Source: Ramazzottius varieornatus (taxonomy: Eukaryota > Animalia > Tardigrada). Taken from it: DNA of 64,000 nt. A program made the position numbers and the translations under genes. Below are positions 1-12,600 of the stretch, one piece after another. The stretch's first letter is position 1. Each line of letters opens with the position of its first letter. Location: contig BDGG01000001.1 in assembly GCA_001949185.1 (NCBI GenBank), forward strand, positions 8,992,711 to 9,056,710, written 5' to 3'. The notes beneath the pieces are model-generated. The model did not search any database. It was not told the origin of the DNA and saw only the letters and a program-made list of their open reading frames with translations.

Positions 1-84
1 GTACAAATTTTCTACGTACATTATAAATATTCGACCTCCTTTACCACATAACATGCACACTAATCTGCTGTTTATCTTTTGTAG

Positions 85-875
85 AAGCCAAAGAATGGAG
101 GTAGCAAGTGGATTAACTACAAAGGGACACACTCAGTTGTTCTCATGGCTGTGGCGCGCGCAGATTATACATTCGAGTACGTCGACGTGGGAGGTTTTGG
201 TCGGCAAAGCGATGGTGGTAATTGGCAAAACTGTACTTTGGGCCGCGCTTTAGGTGATGGAGAGTTGGTCCTGCCGCCCGGAAGAAAGCCACCGCTGTGT
301 GCCGAGAAGTTACCGTACGTATTTGTGGCGGACGCTGCATTCCCAATGTCAGAAAACTTGCTGCGGCCATATCCCGGATACGCATTGTCTAGCCTCGGCA
401 AACAAGAACGTATATTCAACTACAGGTTCGACACTGTTCGTTTTTTACAGGTTCATAACCCGAATATGCCGTGTGAATGATTATGATCACTGTATTACTG
501 CAGGTTGTCCCGAGCTCGTCGAGTTGTCGAGAATGCCTTCGGTATACTAGCAGCCGAGTGGGAAATATTACGGGGACCCATCGCACTTGAACCATAACAA
601 GTGATTTACCTGACGCTCGCCTGCTGTGCACTGCAGAATTTTTTGATAACGGAAAATACCAAGGCAGGTGACAAATAAATCTCCCCCACGATGGCACTTT
701 TGTACCTGGTTCTTGGCGAAAAACTATGCCCGCAAGTATGATACCTCTTCGGGTTTTCGGAAACAGAGCTAGACGTGCTGCTATCAAGACGCGAGAGGAC
801 TTTTCTGAATATTTTAGTACGCATGGCAGTGTTCCATGGCAAGATAACATGGTCTTCGGTTTGCTAAACAAGTGA
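85..875 (+). pseudogene. Harbinger/HARBI1-like DDE_Tnp_4 transposase, C-terminal exons, inactivated
   Basis: Exon from 85 reads KPKNGGSKWINYKGTHSVVLMAVARADYTFEYVDVGGFGRQSDGG...LPYVFVADAAFP...LLRPYPG...FNYR. After intron 426-503 it continues [16 protein letters not shown]...GSVPWQ. In-frame TAA at 595 and 676 plus a frameshift near 690. Confidence 0.9.
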
Positions 876-980
876 GTTTACTCCACTGGACAAAATCACC
901 TTAAAAATGAACTAAACGGAATTACAATCATGACTCGCGTCGGTATCACTATGATGCTGCACTGCTGAGTTATTGGGATA

Positions 981-2234
981 TCACGCGAGGATGACGGGAA
1001 AGCCAAAGCCAGTTGCCTGTTCGTACAGAAACATAGCAATAGCCTGTTGGATCTTCCGCCGAAGAACTTTGCGATCGTCTTCGTTTTGGCTCAGCAATGT
1101 GGCAGTTAGATAGGTCCCTGCAGAAAGCAAACCAGTAACGTAAGTGTCATAATATCAAGCGCAAGTCGTTCTGGCACTTATATTATCAAGACGTACCATA
1201 TTGTGCTTCGGGCGAATCAGCTTCTGTCCCTAGGACACCTAGAGCTTTCGTTAATTCATCAGCTTGACTGGCGAGCTTGCGCTCTTTGGACTCATATTCG
1301 TCCAGTTGTCGGGAACATTGGATTTCGTTGCTGCGTCTCTTGGACTTGCTGCCGCTAGACAACGTGGAAGCTACAAGGTACATCAGTCACTGCAATCATT
1401 CTCTGCTGGCAAGCCTTCTCGAAAACCATAAAACTGCTTACTCACCGGTTGACGAACGAACAGACGGTGGATTCGGAATTTCGGGAATTTCATCGTCAGC
1501 AAGGCTTCCGTCGTACACTTCTTTGCCGTTTCCGGTACTGCTTTCTTCGTCATCAGTTGTACCGTCAACCAACGAAAAATCTTCGCCAGCCCGAACAGCT
1601 GCCTTGGCTCTTTCGAGAGTCGATACAGATCTGCAAAAAAACCCTTCATGGTAGCATAATTTGCTACCCATAGAAAATAAAACACGAAAAATTAGACGGT
1701 CAAAAAGTGGACGTACTCATTCGGAGTAATATAGTCCTTGACGAACTGCATGCTCTCCCAGTGCGGCCAGCTTTCAATGACCGCTTGTCTCCCGGCGCCG
1801 CTGGCAGGATGCTCCTTCAGCTTTCTGCCAAAGTTTCGGAAGATTGGTCCAGAGTTTCTTCACGGCATCGCCTGAGTAAAACGACATGAAGCATTTCAGT
1901 AGTCAACTAATAATAAATCAACAATATGCAACAACTTTCACCCACCTGTCTTGTCCAGTTTCAGCTCCGCAGCCATATCTTCCCAGATATCCGGTCGTTT
2001 GTCTTTACCTTTGTAGTAATCCGCATGTCCAGTATCATAGATCACACTGTTTTTCTGGACGAGAGTGATCACTTCGGCGATGTCCTTGTCGCTCCATTCT
2101 TCTTTCGTCGCTGCTTTGCGTCGCGTCTTCTTGGATAGTTCAGCTGAAGTCGTCTTCTTTGCTGCTGTGGCTGTCCCAGAAGCTGCTCGTTTCCTGTTAG
2201 TTGTCGTCCTTGGCTTTAACTGCTGACTACTCAT
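981..2234 (-). pseudogene. Harbinger accessory MADF (Myb/SANT-like) DNA-binding protein with BESS-like C-terminus, frameshifted
   Basis: Exon 1 WSDKDIAEVITLVQKNSVIYDTGHADY...IWEDMAAEL and exon 2 DAVKKLWTNL/.../WPHWESMQFV give the MADF pattern, with a frameshift in exon 2. Last exon reads TYLTATLLSQNEDDRKVLRRKIQQAI. The 3' boundary is approximate. Confidence 0.75.
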
Positions 2235-2635
2235 GGTTACGGAACAGTAGATAGAAGTTCTGAGGAGGTAAAGAAAAAGATCGCCGCTACTGTAGACAAC
2301 AGAACAGAACTTTCAAATAAAATTGAGAAATAATCACAGACTTCGATATGTGGAGTCTGTCACACCGGTCAATCAATACAGACCAAATCAACGCCAGAGA
2401 CAATGGTATAGCCTTTGAGCTCAATCTTGCAAGCTCAAAGCTTTCTAATCGTGTTCCACGCTTGTTCCAGTCAAAAAATCGCTTATGCCAGAGCTCGCTC
2501 AAAGCTCGCTCAAAGGGGTAATATACTTTTTCGCTGGAACAAGGCTAGGTAGCGACCCAAGTATAATTAGCCTTTGAGCCTGCTTTGGAACAAGGCTCGC
2601 TCAAAGCCTCCTGACGCGAGTAAATTGCCGCCTTA

Positions 2636-5600
2636 AGAGGTTTGCTTGCTGTCCGTTACTCGGAATGTCACATTCAGTTTTGGAGAAGTCATAAGGGTCA
2701 TCTCTCACCGGTATCTTGGAAGGATTGTGCGCTGTTCACCCACCAGGGTACATAATGGCTACAAACCCCGAACTTGCACAGCACAGCACGTTACGACTTT
2801 CCCAGCGGCGCGTGTATAGTAAGTTATTGCACATAACAGAAATGTTTTTCCTCTTCCTGGTGCACCGTCAACGTAAAAAACTCCCGGAGTCTGACTGTCA
2901 ACTTTTTGTTGAATAAGCTGAAAAGTTTGGGTTTGTTCTCTGTTGAGTTGTCCGCGGGTGTCGGTGAATTTTTCAAGATTGGTCGTGCAGTTGTGCCGTT
3001 GTCGCTCTTTGTCGGTTTCGCTAAGGTTGTTGTGAGGTGAAGGTAGCGAGAACTCGTCCATTGTTCTACTGTAGCTTTCCAATCTAGCCGATGAACCCAG
3101 TAGCAAATGGTGTAGTGCTCTTTCGTAGGAAAGATTTTCACGTAACTTGAAATCCATCCCTATATATTGCTGGTGTTTTGAAAATAGGTTCAGTGCCGGA
3201 CCTCCTTCGGTTATCAGGACTATAAACAGAAAACGAAGTTGCGTGGGAGTACATAACCATTCTTTCGCCTCATCCATACAAATTTCGGCTTCCGATGTAT
3301 CATCCAAGAGACCCATAGCTTTTGCGCAGTCTGAATAAGTTTGGTATTTAATGCCGCTAATAGCGCACAGTTCTTTGAACGACCTCGCCGGTTTGTTTTG
3401 CAGCAATAATCGTAGGTACCAAAGTTCACCGCTTTGGAGACGCTTGACTTCCATTCTGGTTATGTGGAGACCTGTCCGTCGATGAACTGTTCCTGTGTTT
3501 GGTGCGGGCACTTTGTCAAACCAGATATATTGGGCAGAGCGAGCATTGGTTTGGTCTTCGCGTTTTACCGTCACCACAAACTTTTCATAATATTCCAAAT
3601 ATTTTAAATTTTCGAATAATGGGTCGTTCGGTCGGGCAAAGTAGCGATCAAGTTTGGAAAATCTTTCTTTCGCACTATCTCTCCAGTTCTTGTTCGAATC
3701 GTTGTAAACTACATAATTTTGGTCTTCGAAGTGAATAGGATAACTTAACACAGATGGTCTCTTCTTGTCAATTCAAAACTGAAAATACGCTAAACAGCTT
3801 CCGAAGCGGATAAGTATCGACCGTGAATGTAAAGCTTCGTTTTGTCTTTTGATATAGCGTTTAAGTAATCCAATCCCTTATACAGGTATTTGTACAGGTG
3901 AATAATCAAAGTCACGGACGCGGCTAACTCCAAATTTATGTGACAATCGAAAGCTATAAGCACGTCGGCATTATAAGGCTCAACATTCAGATCAGCTTCA
4001 TGGCGCCGGCGATATTGAGGATAGCCAGCATCGTTGATATATGTTTCTCCGTTGATACGTTTGGGGTATCTGTAGTGACAACTTCTCTGCGTTTTTTCCT
4101 TCTCTGTGCGGCAGCATTGATCGGGATAATGTTTATGCAACATGTGTTTCTGAACTGTCCGACGTAGTAACGGTTCTTCCGGTAGTTCAGCGCAGATAAC
4201 TTGGTCAATTTCTTCTGGCGTTTGTGGTTCTCACTCATTCTAACAGCGATATGAGCATGAGGGAGACCACGGGGTTGAAACTTTACCACAACGATTTTGC
4301 AGATTTGTTTCGCTTTGAAATATCTTGGCAAACATGCTTGAAACTGTTTCACGATTTCTGGACAGTCCGAAGCATTTTGACCAGAAAGTAATCTGCTGGT
4401 CATTTCCGGCCAGTTTGGGTTACATGTGAAGGTAGAAAAGTACGTTGGGTTTTTTAGTCGGCAGATTACGGCGAGCGCATCTGAGATCATCTGCTGATTA
4501 TGTTGGAAAGAACCAATAAAAGATGCGGGTAGGAACACGCGTCCATCGTTGTTATTAGATTGGGGATCGTTCTGTCGACAGATCTTGGACTGGTTATGAC
4601 ATATCCAACTTAAGCGTTGCTCCTCTATACAACTGAATATGTCCAGACAGAACTCGTTTAAAAATCTCCCCAGCGACATTAGTGCGACACAGCGAAGAAT
4701 GATTTGCCGGTAGAACATCATAACTGTAGTGCCTTTGGATTTCTCCTGTCTGTCGATGCTCCAGCCGGGCGTTCCCTCCGGGCAAATTACGATATAATGT
4801 AACGGCATAAATAAGGGAGATGTGACTTTGATAAACGTGGGACGGGTTTTGGTTTTTTTCCAGCAGACAACAGTTCTGTCTTTCAGTTCACCAGATGTTT
4901 CAGGGACGATAACAGCAACAATTTCATTTGTACTCCGAACTGCCAGTTCGGGCCGAGCTTCATTACTGGGTCGGTCAGCCAACATTTTGAACTGTCGTAA
5001 AAGTGGGTTACATTTGCCGAGAATATTTCGTAATTTAGTGACAATAGCTTCATCGAATTGCAGGTTTTTCATGATCTTCTGAGGATACTGTGCGTCATTG
5101 AAAAACCATCGTAATGGTCCTCACTCGTCGCTTCCTTGCATCATGCGGTGATAGGTTCTGCCCTTCAGAATGAGGTTGCTGGGCCCATCTTGCTGTTCGA
5201 AACATCCGGTGGTACCAATAGCCGACATCAACAATGAATTGTTATACTCTCGTGAATGAGTTCGAAGCCGAATGGATTTCAGATAGAGTCGTTTTAGAGC
5301 TGAAGGCAAGCTTGGAATTTCTATCGTCCGAAGGGTTCTTGTTATTATGACCGCAACAAAATCCCTTTGATTCCGTGTTCATTATTAATGCTTTGCACCC
5401 CGAGACACGTTATCCATCTCAACCGTAAGAGCATTAGCGTAAAGGTCACAGATGACTCATCGATCGAGATCACGATATAGCTTTGATTCCGTGTCTTGCA
5501 CGTGGTGCCTTTCATTGTGTGAGTTGATGTCCTCACTTGAGTATTCGCTTCAGAAGCTTTCCAGGTCACTCTCGTTAGGTCCATCAATTGCCGAATCAAA

Positions 5601-5972
5601 CGACGGGTTTTCAACGACGCCTGACTGATCCTCGTCAAAAACGGTGCTGTCGTCCAGTGTACTATGTAAATCAGTGCTGAAGTCGAAGCTTTCCGAATAG
5701 TCATTAATGCTTTCATCGTGATAGTTGTTGAATTCGGTCCTGCGCCGATTATGGTGGTCGGATTCAAATTCTGCTTCGTTTTCCGTCTGACGCACCTGTG
5801 TCCGCGAACCAGAGATTTCTCTTTTCTTTTTTGCACTGTGACATGATTTGGATTTGGTGCGATTCCGTTTTTTCTCCGAACTCGAAGCTGATTTGACAAG
5901 GAAAATTTGCAACCGTCTGTAATCGGCCCTTACGGATATATATCTCGACCCGTTCTTTCGTTTAGGCATCAT
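2636..5972 (-). mobile_element. Helitron RepHel (HUH Rep + PIF1 helicase), fragmented and truncated
   Basis: N-terminal C..C.AL....E...CC motif near 5350-5410. Rep motifs TFTCNPNWPE, FQPRGLPHAHI and HLYKYLYKG, plus GRYLSASEA and ELWYLRLLL. Walker A VDGAPGRGKTFL, then a frameshifted GG*TAH..KIP motif. Many frameshifts; the sequence stops before Walker B at the Harbinger junction. Confidence 0.92.
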
Positions 5973-6895
5973 GAAAATCCGGCCGATTGGCGCTAATGTA
6001 CGTCAATTCGTGCCTGTGGTTTAAAGCACAGTGATCTTTGAAGGACATCAGTGAAAAGACAGGATAGTTCGTTGCATAGCTCGTCCAAACCACGATTTTT
6101 TGCATCAAAATCATGAAACTGGAATCAGGATTCTGGGCACACCCGAACTGAAAATCGTCCAAATCAATAAACTGGCACGATTGCGCACTGAGCTCAACGA
6201 TTACGTCAAGTTTTTTTGGCCGGAAACTAAGTTTGAAAGCCTGGGAACTCATGGTAAGAAAAAAATCTACGTTATAATAAGATAAGGGTAGGACAATGAC
6301 GTAAGGTCGGGGTCGGTAAGGTGCTAGTCTCACGAGGCAATACTGAGCAACCGCGCCCCATGTTGATACATGCCTGCAGACTTGTCAATGCGCAGCAGTC
6401 TGCCGCATAGGCGTTTTTGTGAGCGGTATCGAGACAGACATGGTCAGGCTTGGGTGACGGCAAAAGGCCTTATCCATTGCTGACGTTGCTGCGCTCTCCG
6501 GTGGTAAGCCGGATCTTCTGGAAACTGCCTGTTCCTTGTACACGGTACGCAATACTGTAAGCCTCGATTCTACGCTTCCGCCTATAATTACACGAAAAGT
6601 TTGTTTGCGGACCACATCAGCACTAAGTTTTCAGACATACTGTAACTCCGCCGCAAATGCCCTGCATACTCTAGGGTTAGACACTTTCCCGCATACCTCT
6701 GCCGGACACAATCTTTTAAGAATTGAGTTGCATTAGTCAAGGCAGGAAATTCTGACCAGTTCTTTCACAATCTGCATTTCGAAGTACTAAATTAACTTTA
6801 CTTGCAAGAAAGGCATTGTCGCTTTGAGGTCCGCACTTGTATTGAAAATTTGGCTGGTATGCTCTAAAAATCCAACCTGTCCCAACGCAGCCGAA

Positions 6896-8203
6896 ATGTC
6901 TGCTTGCGAAGAAGCAGCACAGGATATCGAGGAGACGCTACTAAAAAAGCTACCGTACGACCCACAGTGGTACGACGTATGGCGCACGGTGTTTTCCTTC
7001 GTAGCAAACGACGATGCCACACTGTTTTCCCTCCTGGAAGCATCGACAAGTTTCCGAGCTTTTTTCCGACGGGATGTGCTGGAGCGAGTGGACTCGTCAC
7101 CTTACTGGAGAGATGCCTTGGTCAAGCGTGGAGTGCGCATCAGCACCCTGAGCTCCTTGTCGTCGCAGGAGGACTCGCCCTCTCTCACCTGGTTTGACCG
7201 TTATCGGCAGTATGCAAAGAGTATGGGATGCTACCGCTGTTTTTGGCGTCTCTCAAGTGGCCAGCCGGTTAACCCATCCGCATTTTACCGCAGTGATGTA
7301 GGGGAAAGAGACATCACAAACGATTCAGGATCACATCAAAACCCCGGCCACTTTTCAAAGGGACCTCCTCCCAGTGCTGACGTAAGTTCTGCTGCTGTCA
7401 CGTCATCCACTTTTACTCTACGTTTGTTGTCTAGCCGATTTCTCTGCGCTCACAGGTTGGCGATTGGAAGGTTGCAAGGTTTTGCGAGCGACAAACGGAC
7501 TTTGCCTACCTTATTGTCACCATCATCGGACCACCAGATACGCCCTACGTCGGAGGGCGCTTTCAGTTACTCATTGTCTTTCCTGAAAACTACCCTGCCG
7601 AGCCACCACAGGCTAAACTGCTGACCAAGATTGTCAGTCCGTACTTCACGGACCACGGGGACTTTTACTGTAAATACACCAACTTTGACGATGCAGCCGA
7701 TTACGAAACTTTCCTAGGATATCCTCCATACTGGCACACCATGTAAGTTTCTTCTTCTACCGCTATATGTAGCCACAGTGTACAAAATGCATTCCTGCAG
7801 GCCATCGCCCCAACTCAGTAACATCGATTAATGACAACAATCTAAGTTGGATTATCCAAAGGATGATCTGCAGGGATGCATTTTGTACACTGTATAGTGA
7901 GTTGTCTGGCTGATTTGATCCTGACCACTGCGGTTCACTTCTAGGTATTTTGTGGACCTCGTCCAGCAGTATCTGAGCTTTTCGTTCTGCCAAGACGCGC
8001 CCCCAGGCCTGATTGCCGTCCACAAGCAGCACACTGAACTGGTCAAGAGTAACAGAGCAGAATTTGCCCAGTTAGCGCGGAAGTGTACCCTGGAAAACGC
8101 CATGATTCACTGGAACATATCTTGCGAAGATTTCTGTTCAACCCGCTCTTCTTCCATCGACAGGGCTGCCCGTCACAAAACCAAGTTTCTTAAGTGCCAG
8201 TAG
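6896..8203 (+). CDS. F-box-like plus ubiquitin-conjugating enzyme (UBC/E2-variant) fusion protein, about 343 aa, 3 exons (6896-7381, 7456-7742, 7945-8203)
   Basis: Two GTAAGT...AG introns join the exons in frame with no stops. Exons 2-3 read IIGPPDTPYVGGRFQLLIVFPENYPAEPPQAKLLTKIVSPYFTDHGDFYC...ELVKSNRAEFAQLARKCTLENAM, a clear UBC fold. The N-terminal LLKKLPYDPQWYDVWRTVFSFV...LFSLLEASTSFRAF...YWR resembles an F-box; that part is less certain. Confidence 0.8.
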
Positions 8204-8804
8204 CCTTCCAGCGCCTTTTCTAAGTTACCGGACGATGACGGCCACCCAATGTACTCCACTGCGCACTTTATGTTGCAGTTGCTACTTTTTACAGTAGTGG
8301 AATGTACAAAAGCAGCCAAATCGTGATGGCCACGAAAGCAAAAGTACAATACTAAATTGGCTTGATACTGTAGATGATAATTTGTTTCATTCGGGGAAAT
8401 GGCATTTTCTTCAAAAGAAAACAGCCATAGAGAGCCAGAGAGTAAATCGAGATCGAGCGGATAGCGCCACGAACAAAAGACTGCACCTCGAAGAATCGAA
8501 GTACTTCGATTGAGAGAAAGCGAGATAAACCCAAAATGGAAAGAGCTGTCAAAGGACACTCGCTTCACGATCGGTGGCTGTGGCTGACGGAGCTCCCGAT
8601 CATGTTTGTTCTCCCCGTTGCACTCTGTTGTCTCGGCTGGTGAAAGATCTCACCTTAATTTTTCCCGGTCATTTCTTAATACATCGCATTCCACCGTGCC
8701 AATATTCACATATTGCTCGTGGCAATAACAGAGAGTCTCTCTGGTATTATTGTACCTAGAGACTGTAAATCGATTTACCATGCGGAACAAGTCCTTTGTT
8801 TTCC

Positions 8805-8928
8805 ACAAATGGTCGTCGCTGAATGATATATCACCTGCCACAATACAACGGTCTGCTAGTTTTCAACAAATGGTCATCGCTGAGTGATAAAGTATATCAC
8901 ATGCCACAATACAATGGTCTGATGAGTT
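8805..8928. repeat. Two-copy imperfect tandem duplication, about 61-65 bp unit
   Basis: ACAAATGGTCRTCGCTGARTGATA...TATCACMTGCCACAATACAAYGGTCTG occurs twice in tandem. Confidence 0.8.
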
Positions 8929-9051
8929 GTTTTACGTTTTAGATGTGCAAAAAGGAAAGTCTTTCCGGGTGTAGTTGTTTGTTTTTTTGTTTCGCTATCT
9001 TCTCGCTTTTTTGAGAACAGAATATTGTCTTTTCAGTAAAGGTTTCTATAT

Positions 9052-9626
9052 GAGCGGCCCAGGCGGNCACCGNTTTTACTAGCTATCAAAGTTTATAGCC
9101 ACATGTTTTGATAGCTATCAAAATCACAACCTACATACTTTGATACCTATCGAAATTGATAGCTATCAGTTTGTGTAGCTATCGAAACTGATAGCTATCA
9201 GTTTATGTAGCTATCAAAACTACTACCTACATGACTTTGCACCTATATCCTTCTTGTAGGCTCAAAATTGGCCTACTTCGAAAACGTCGGTTTCTACTTG
9301 CGTCTTTATATGGAAGTATAAAAGTGTAGTCATGACGTCATGAATTCAATGAGTTTACGTGAAAGAAATAACCACGCCCACCGGTTTTCTGTGTTCGGGT
9401 GGTAAGAGCGAAGTAGAAACCGACTTTTTCGAAGTAGGCCAATTTTGAGCCTACATGAAGAATATAGGTGCAAAGTCATGTAGGTAGTAGTTTTGATAGC
9501 TACACAAACTGATAGCTATCAGTTTCGATAGTTATCAAAGCATGTAGGTTGTGATTTTGGTAGCTATCAAAACATGTGGCTATGAACTTTGATAGCCAGT
9601 AAAAACGGTGACCGCCTGGGCCGCCC
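9052..9626. mobile_element. Non-autonomous fold-back DNA transposon (MITE) with about 230-260 bp terminal inverted repeats; possibly Sola-like
   Basis: Starts GAGCGGCCCAGGCGG and ends CCGCCTGGGCCGCCC. The arms are near-perfect reverse complements carrying repeated GATAGCTATC palindromes. Flanked by ATAT on both sides, a candidate 4-bp TSD. The superfamily call is tentative. Confidence 0.85.
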
Positions 9627-9644
9627 ATATTTCTACACGGTCTG

Positions 9645-12600
9645 CTAGTAATGATACTTGTTGGGATCAATCTGATAATAGTCTTTGTCGCTATCAAACT
9701 TTAGATACTTTTCCGCTCCAGCCGACTCGTCTAGAAGTTTGCACAAGTCTGTCTCCAGAACAGCAAACGAAGGTCTCTCTAGCGGCTCCTCTCTCCAGCA
9801 GCTCATCATAACATCGTATCTGAAATTCGGACAGTGCATTAAGGCCGATCCAAGCTGCACTGTATAAGAACTAAGGCCGAGTATGAAGCATGCCGGCTTC
9901 GCTTTCGAAGAGACTCACAGTTCTTGCGAGCAGTTTTGCGGACACCCCATTCGACTGCCTTTTCTCAGCTGGCTCAAAAGGTCATTATTGTTGATGGTTG
10001 GATAGGGCGTGCCGCCCATGGTGATGATCTCGAAGAGTACTACGCCGAATGACCACCTGAAATGCATCATCGGCGTACGTACAGTAGGTAGGTAGGTAAA
10101 GTACTACTGTATGGCGGTGTAAGAGCCAGACTTACACGTCGCTAGCAGGACTGAAGGCCAGATTGACGATAGATTCGATGGCCATCCATTTCAGAGGGAG
10201 CTTGCCAGGATTGAGCATGACGTAGTTGCTGTCCTCATCCAGATAGCGGGCCAAGCCAAAGTCGCCAATCTTGACGTGGTCGCTGTCTGTGACAAGTAAG
10301 TTGCGAGCTGCCAGGTCTCTGTGAATGTACCCTCGGCCATGCACATACTCCTACAAGCAAAACAACCGAGCGCCGACGTGCCGTTTATGTCAAGATTTAC
10401 GTTTTTGCTGAGCCTCAAAGCTGAATGTGATAGTGACAAAATCTGAACTACGGTTAGCAACTGACCACTTTCGTACCATGCCCAATGCTATTTGCCGAGA
10501 GAAGGACAGCAATGTTGTCAGCGTTAATTGGCTGACACAGGTTACGGGCAGATAGCTGGAGGAAACGGTGGCCGATTGAAGCGATATGGCTGTCTGACGC
10601 TTGGAGGAGAGATAGCCGCGCAGGTCGCCGAGGGCACAATATTCTAAAACTAGGAGGATGGGCTCGGAGGTCATGCAGGCACCAAGAAGACTGACGACTT
10701 GGCTGTGGCGACCCAGCGCCTTCATTAGTCTGATCTCGCGGAGGAATGCGTCTTTTTCTAGTAGGTCAGCACTTTCTGAAACGACCAACGACGCTGAGTC
10801 CATCAGCATTGGATTCACACTGATCAAAGTTCACTCTACTTTTACCTGGAAGTCGTTTGATAGCCACGGTGCAGTTGAAAAGGACATGTCCATGAGGCGC
10901 ATTCAGCGAACCCTCCACCACACCCTTCAACACTTCTCCGTAAGCACCGTTGCCGATGGAGGCCCCAAAGGCGATGCGCGAACGATCAAGTTCCCATCTG
11001 TCGGTGGCGACAGGCGGTGGTAGTGGTAACCTGCAATCTTCAGCATCAAGGCACAATAACAGGGAACAGAACCGATCTCACACACTAGTGGGCTTGAAGA
11101 GTGCTTACGTCTGACTGGTGCTGGTGCTGGAGGAGCTCTGACTGCTGTGCAGCGCAGTATTGGTGATACTGTATGAAGAGGAGGACGAGTTGGATCCCGA
11201 TGACATGGAAGGCAGCAGTTTGCTTGACAGTCTTTCTTGTAAGAGCCTTTGATATCTGCGGCAGCAGTAGACAGCCGTCACCGAAAAGCAGAGCAGAGCC
11301 AGCAACGGCCCAGCAATGGCTCCCGCTAACGCCCCCGGCGACAGCTCAGACTCCTCCTGTTCTTCGCCACGCTCAATCGTCTCTTCGGTACTCCTTTTCC
11401 CGTAAGCCTCTGTGACAAGTATCTCAGCCGCAGAAATCGTCTGGTTCGGGCCCAGTCGATGGTTGCTTCTTCCGCCAAACGAACGGTTCGAACGAATACA
11501 ACGACCGCCCTCCACCGAAGTGCACTCTGCAAAAAAGATAATAATCTATCCATGTACAAATTTTTCATCTTGCTGCTGTCTGGGGCTTCGCTGCGGATTG
11601 TCCGACTTTAAGAAAGTGCTTATTGTAGAAACCTCGGCAATTTGTCCTGATGTGACAGGCATGTGGTCGCAGACAGGATATATACCTAGCTTGTTGGTGT
11701 AGATAACATCCGGGCTTTTTTCTCCGCAAGTAGTGCTGTAGGAAATATGAAAGACATATCGGCACATCAGCTGGATATTCTCCACGTCAGCTCGTTCCTC
11801 ATTGGCAAATGCCTGGATGGAAGGCGCAGTGGCACTGACACAGCTGTAGTCCTTTACGATGCTGTAGTCGATGCTCAAGTGGTACTTGGCTACATCGGTA
11901 TTGTTAATTCCTTTCAGCAAGACAAAATGTATGGTCCTTCACACATCAAAGTGGGTCATCATGGATTTTTGGCCAAGACTGGAGAAAGGACCTACCTGCT
12001 GGCAGCTTCCATGACAAAAGTCCGCGAACTATTTTATTACTCATAGAAAGAGTGGACATGGTGATATTGGTCACTTGTAAGGAATTATTACGGCTGGAGG
12101 AATCTGTAAAACAACCAGTTTGACGCTAGATTCTACTGTAGTATGATTATCCTCGATCACTTGGCGTCTATAGTTACAGTTAAAAGTTTGATATGGTGAT
12201 GCCCCGACCATGCCATGAGAGTCCACGGCCACGAAACGGATGGTTTTGGACTGACATCGCCTCACGAAGGCCGCCTCCGGCTTGAGCAAAATTTCCTGCA
12301 AAAAAAAGGTTGTTAAAGACAGAGCTGCTGAAGTGCCGACTTTGCTGACGTCACGTCGGGAGCTGTCGGAACCGGGGCTTACCAGGGAAGGTACCCACGT
12401 CACTTCTTGCAAGGTTTCCGTGAAGTATAAAAGCGGCCCATCGATACTGGATGTCATGTTGGGGGGAAGGAGCCATTCGACACGGAAAGAGGCTAGAGAG
12501 CTCTGAAGGAGGAGGGAACCCCAGACCGGAGTTCGGTAGGCGTTGTCTTCTTGCGAGTCGGAGTTGGCCAGCAGGTCGCTCTCCGTATAGTCCATCTGGC

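Larger units (their letters stand above)
1..2632. mobile_element. PIF/Harbinger DNA transposon, degenerate; left end lies outside the window
   Basis: Convergent DDE nuclease and MADF/Myb-like genes, the diagnostic two-gene Harbinger layout. The putative terminus ...GAGTAAATTGCCGCC ends at 2632 and is followed by TTA(A), the Harbinger-type target. Subterminal repeats (GCTCGCTCAAAG, GCCTTTGAGC, GGAACAAGGCT) lie at 2410-2610. Confidence 0.85.

Noticed and set aside
6824-7624. 266-aa single-exon ORF from the ORF track
   Set aside because: It reads through intron 7382-7455 into the wrong frame; the spliced model yields a UBC domain.
9060-9230. Repeated GATAGCTATC units that could suggest a CRISPR-like array
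   Set aside because: Eukaryotic context, no unique spacers, and the units are mirrored in the opposite arm of a MITE.
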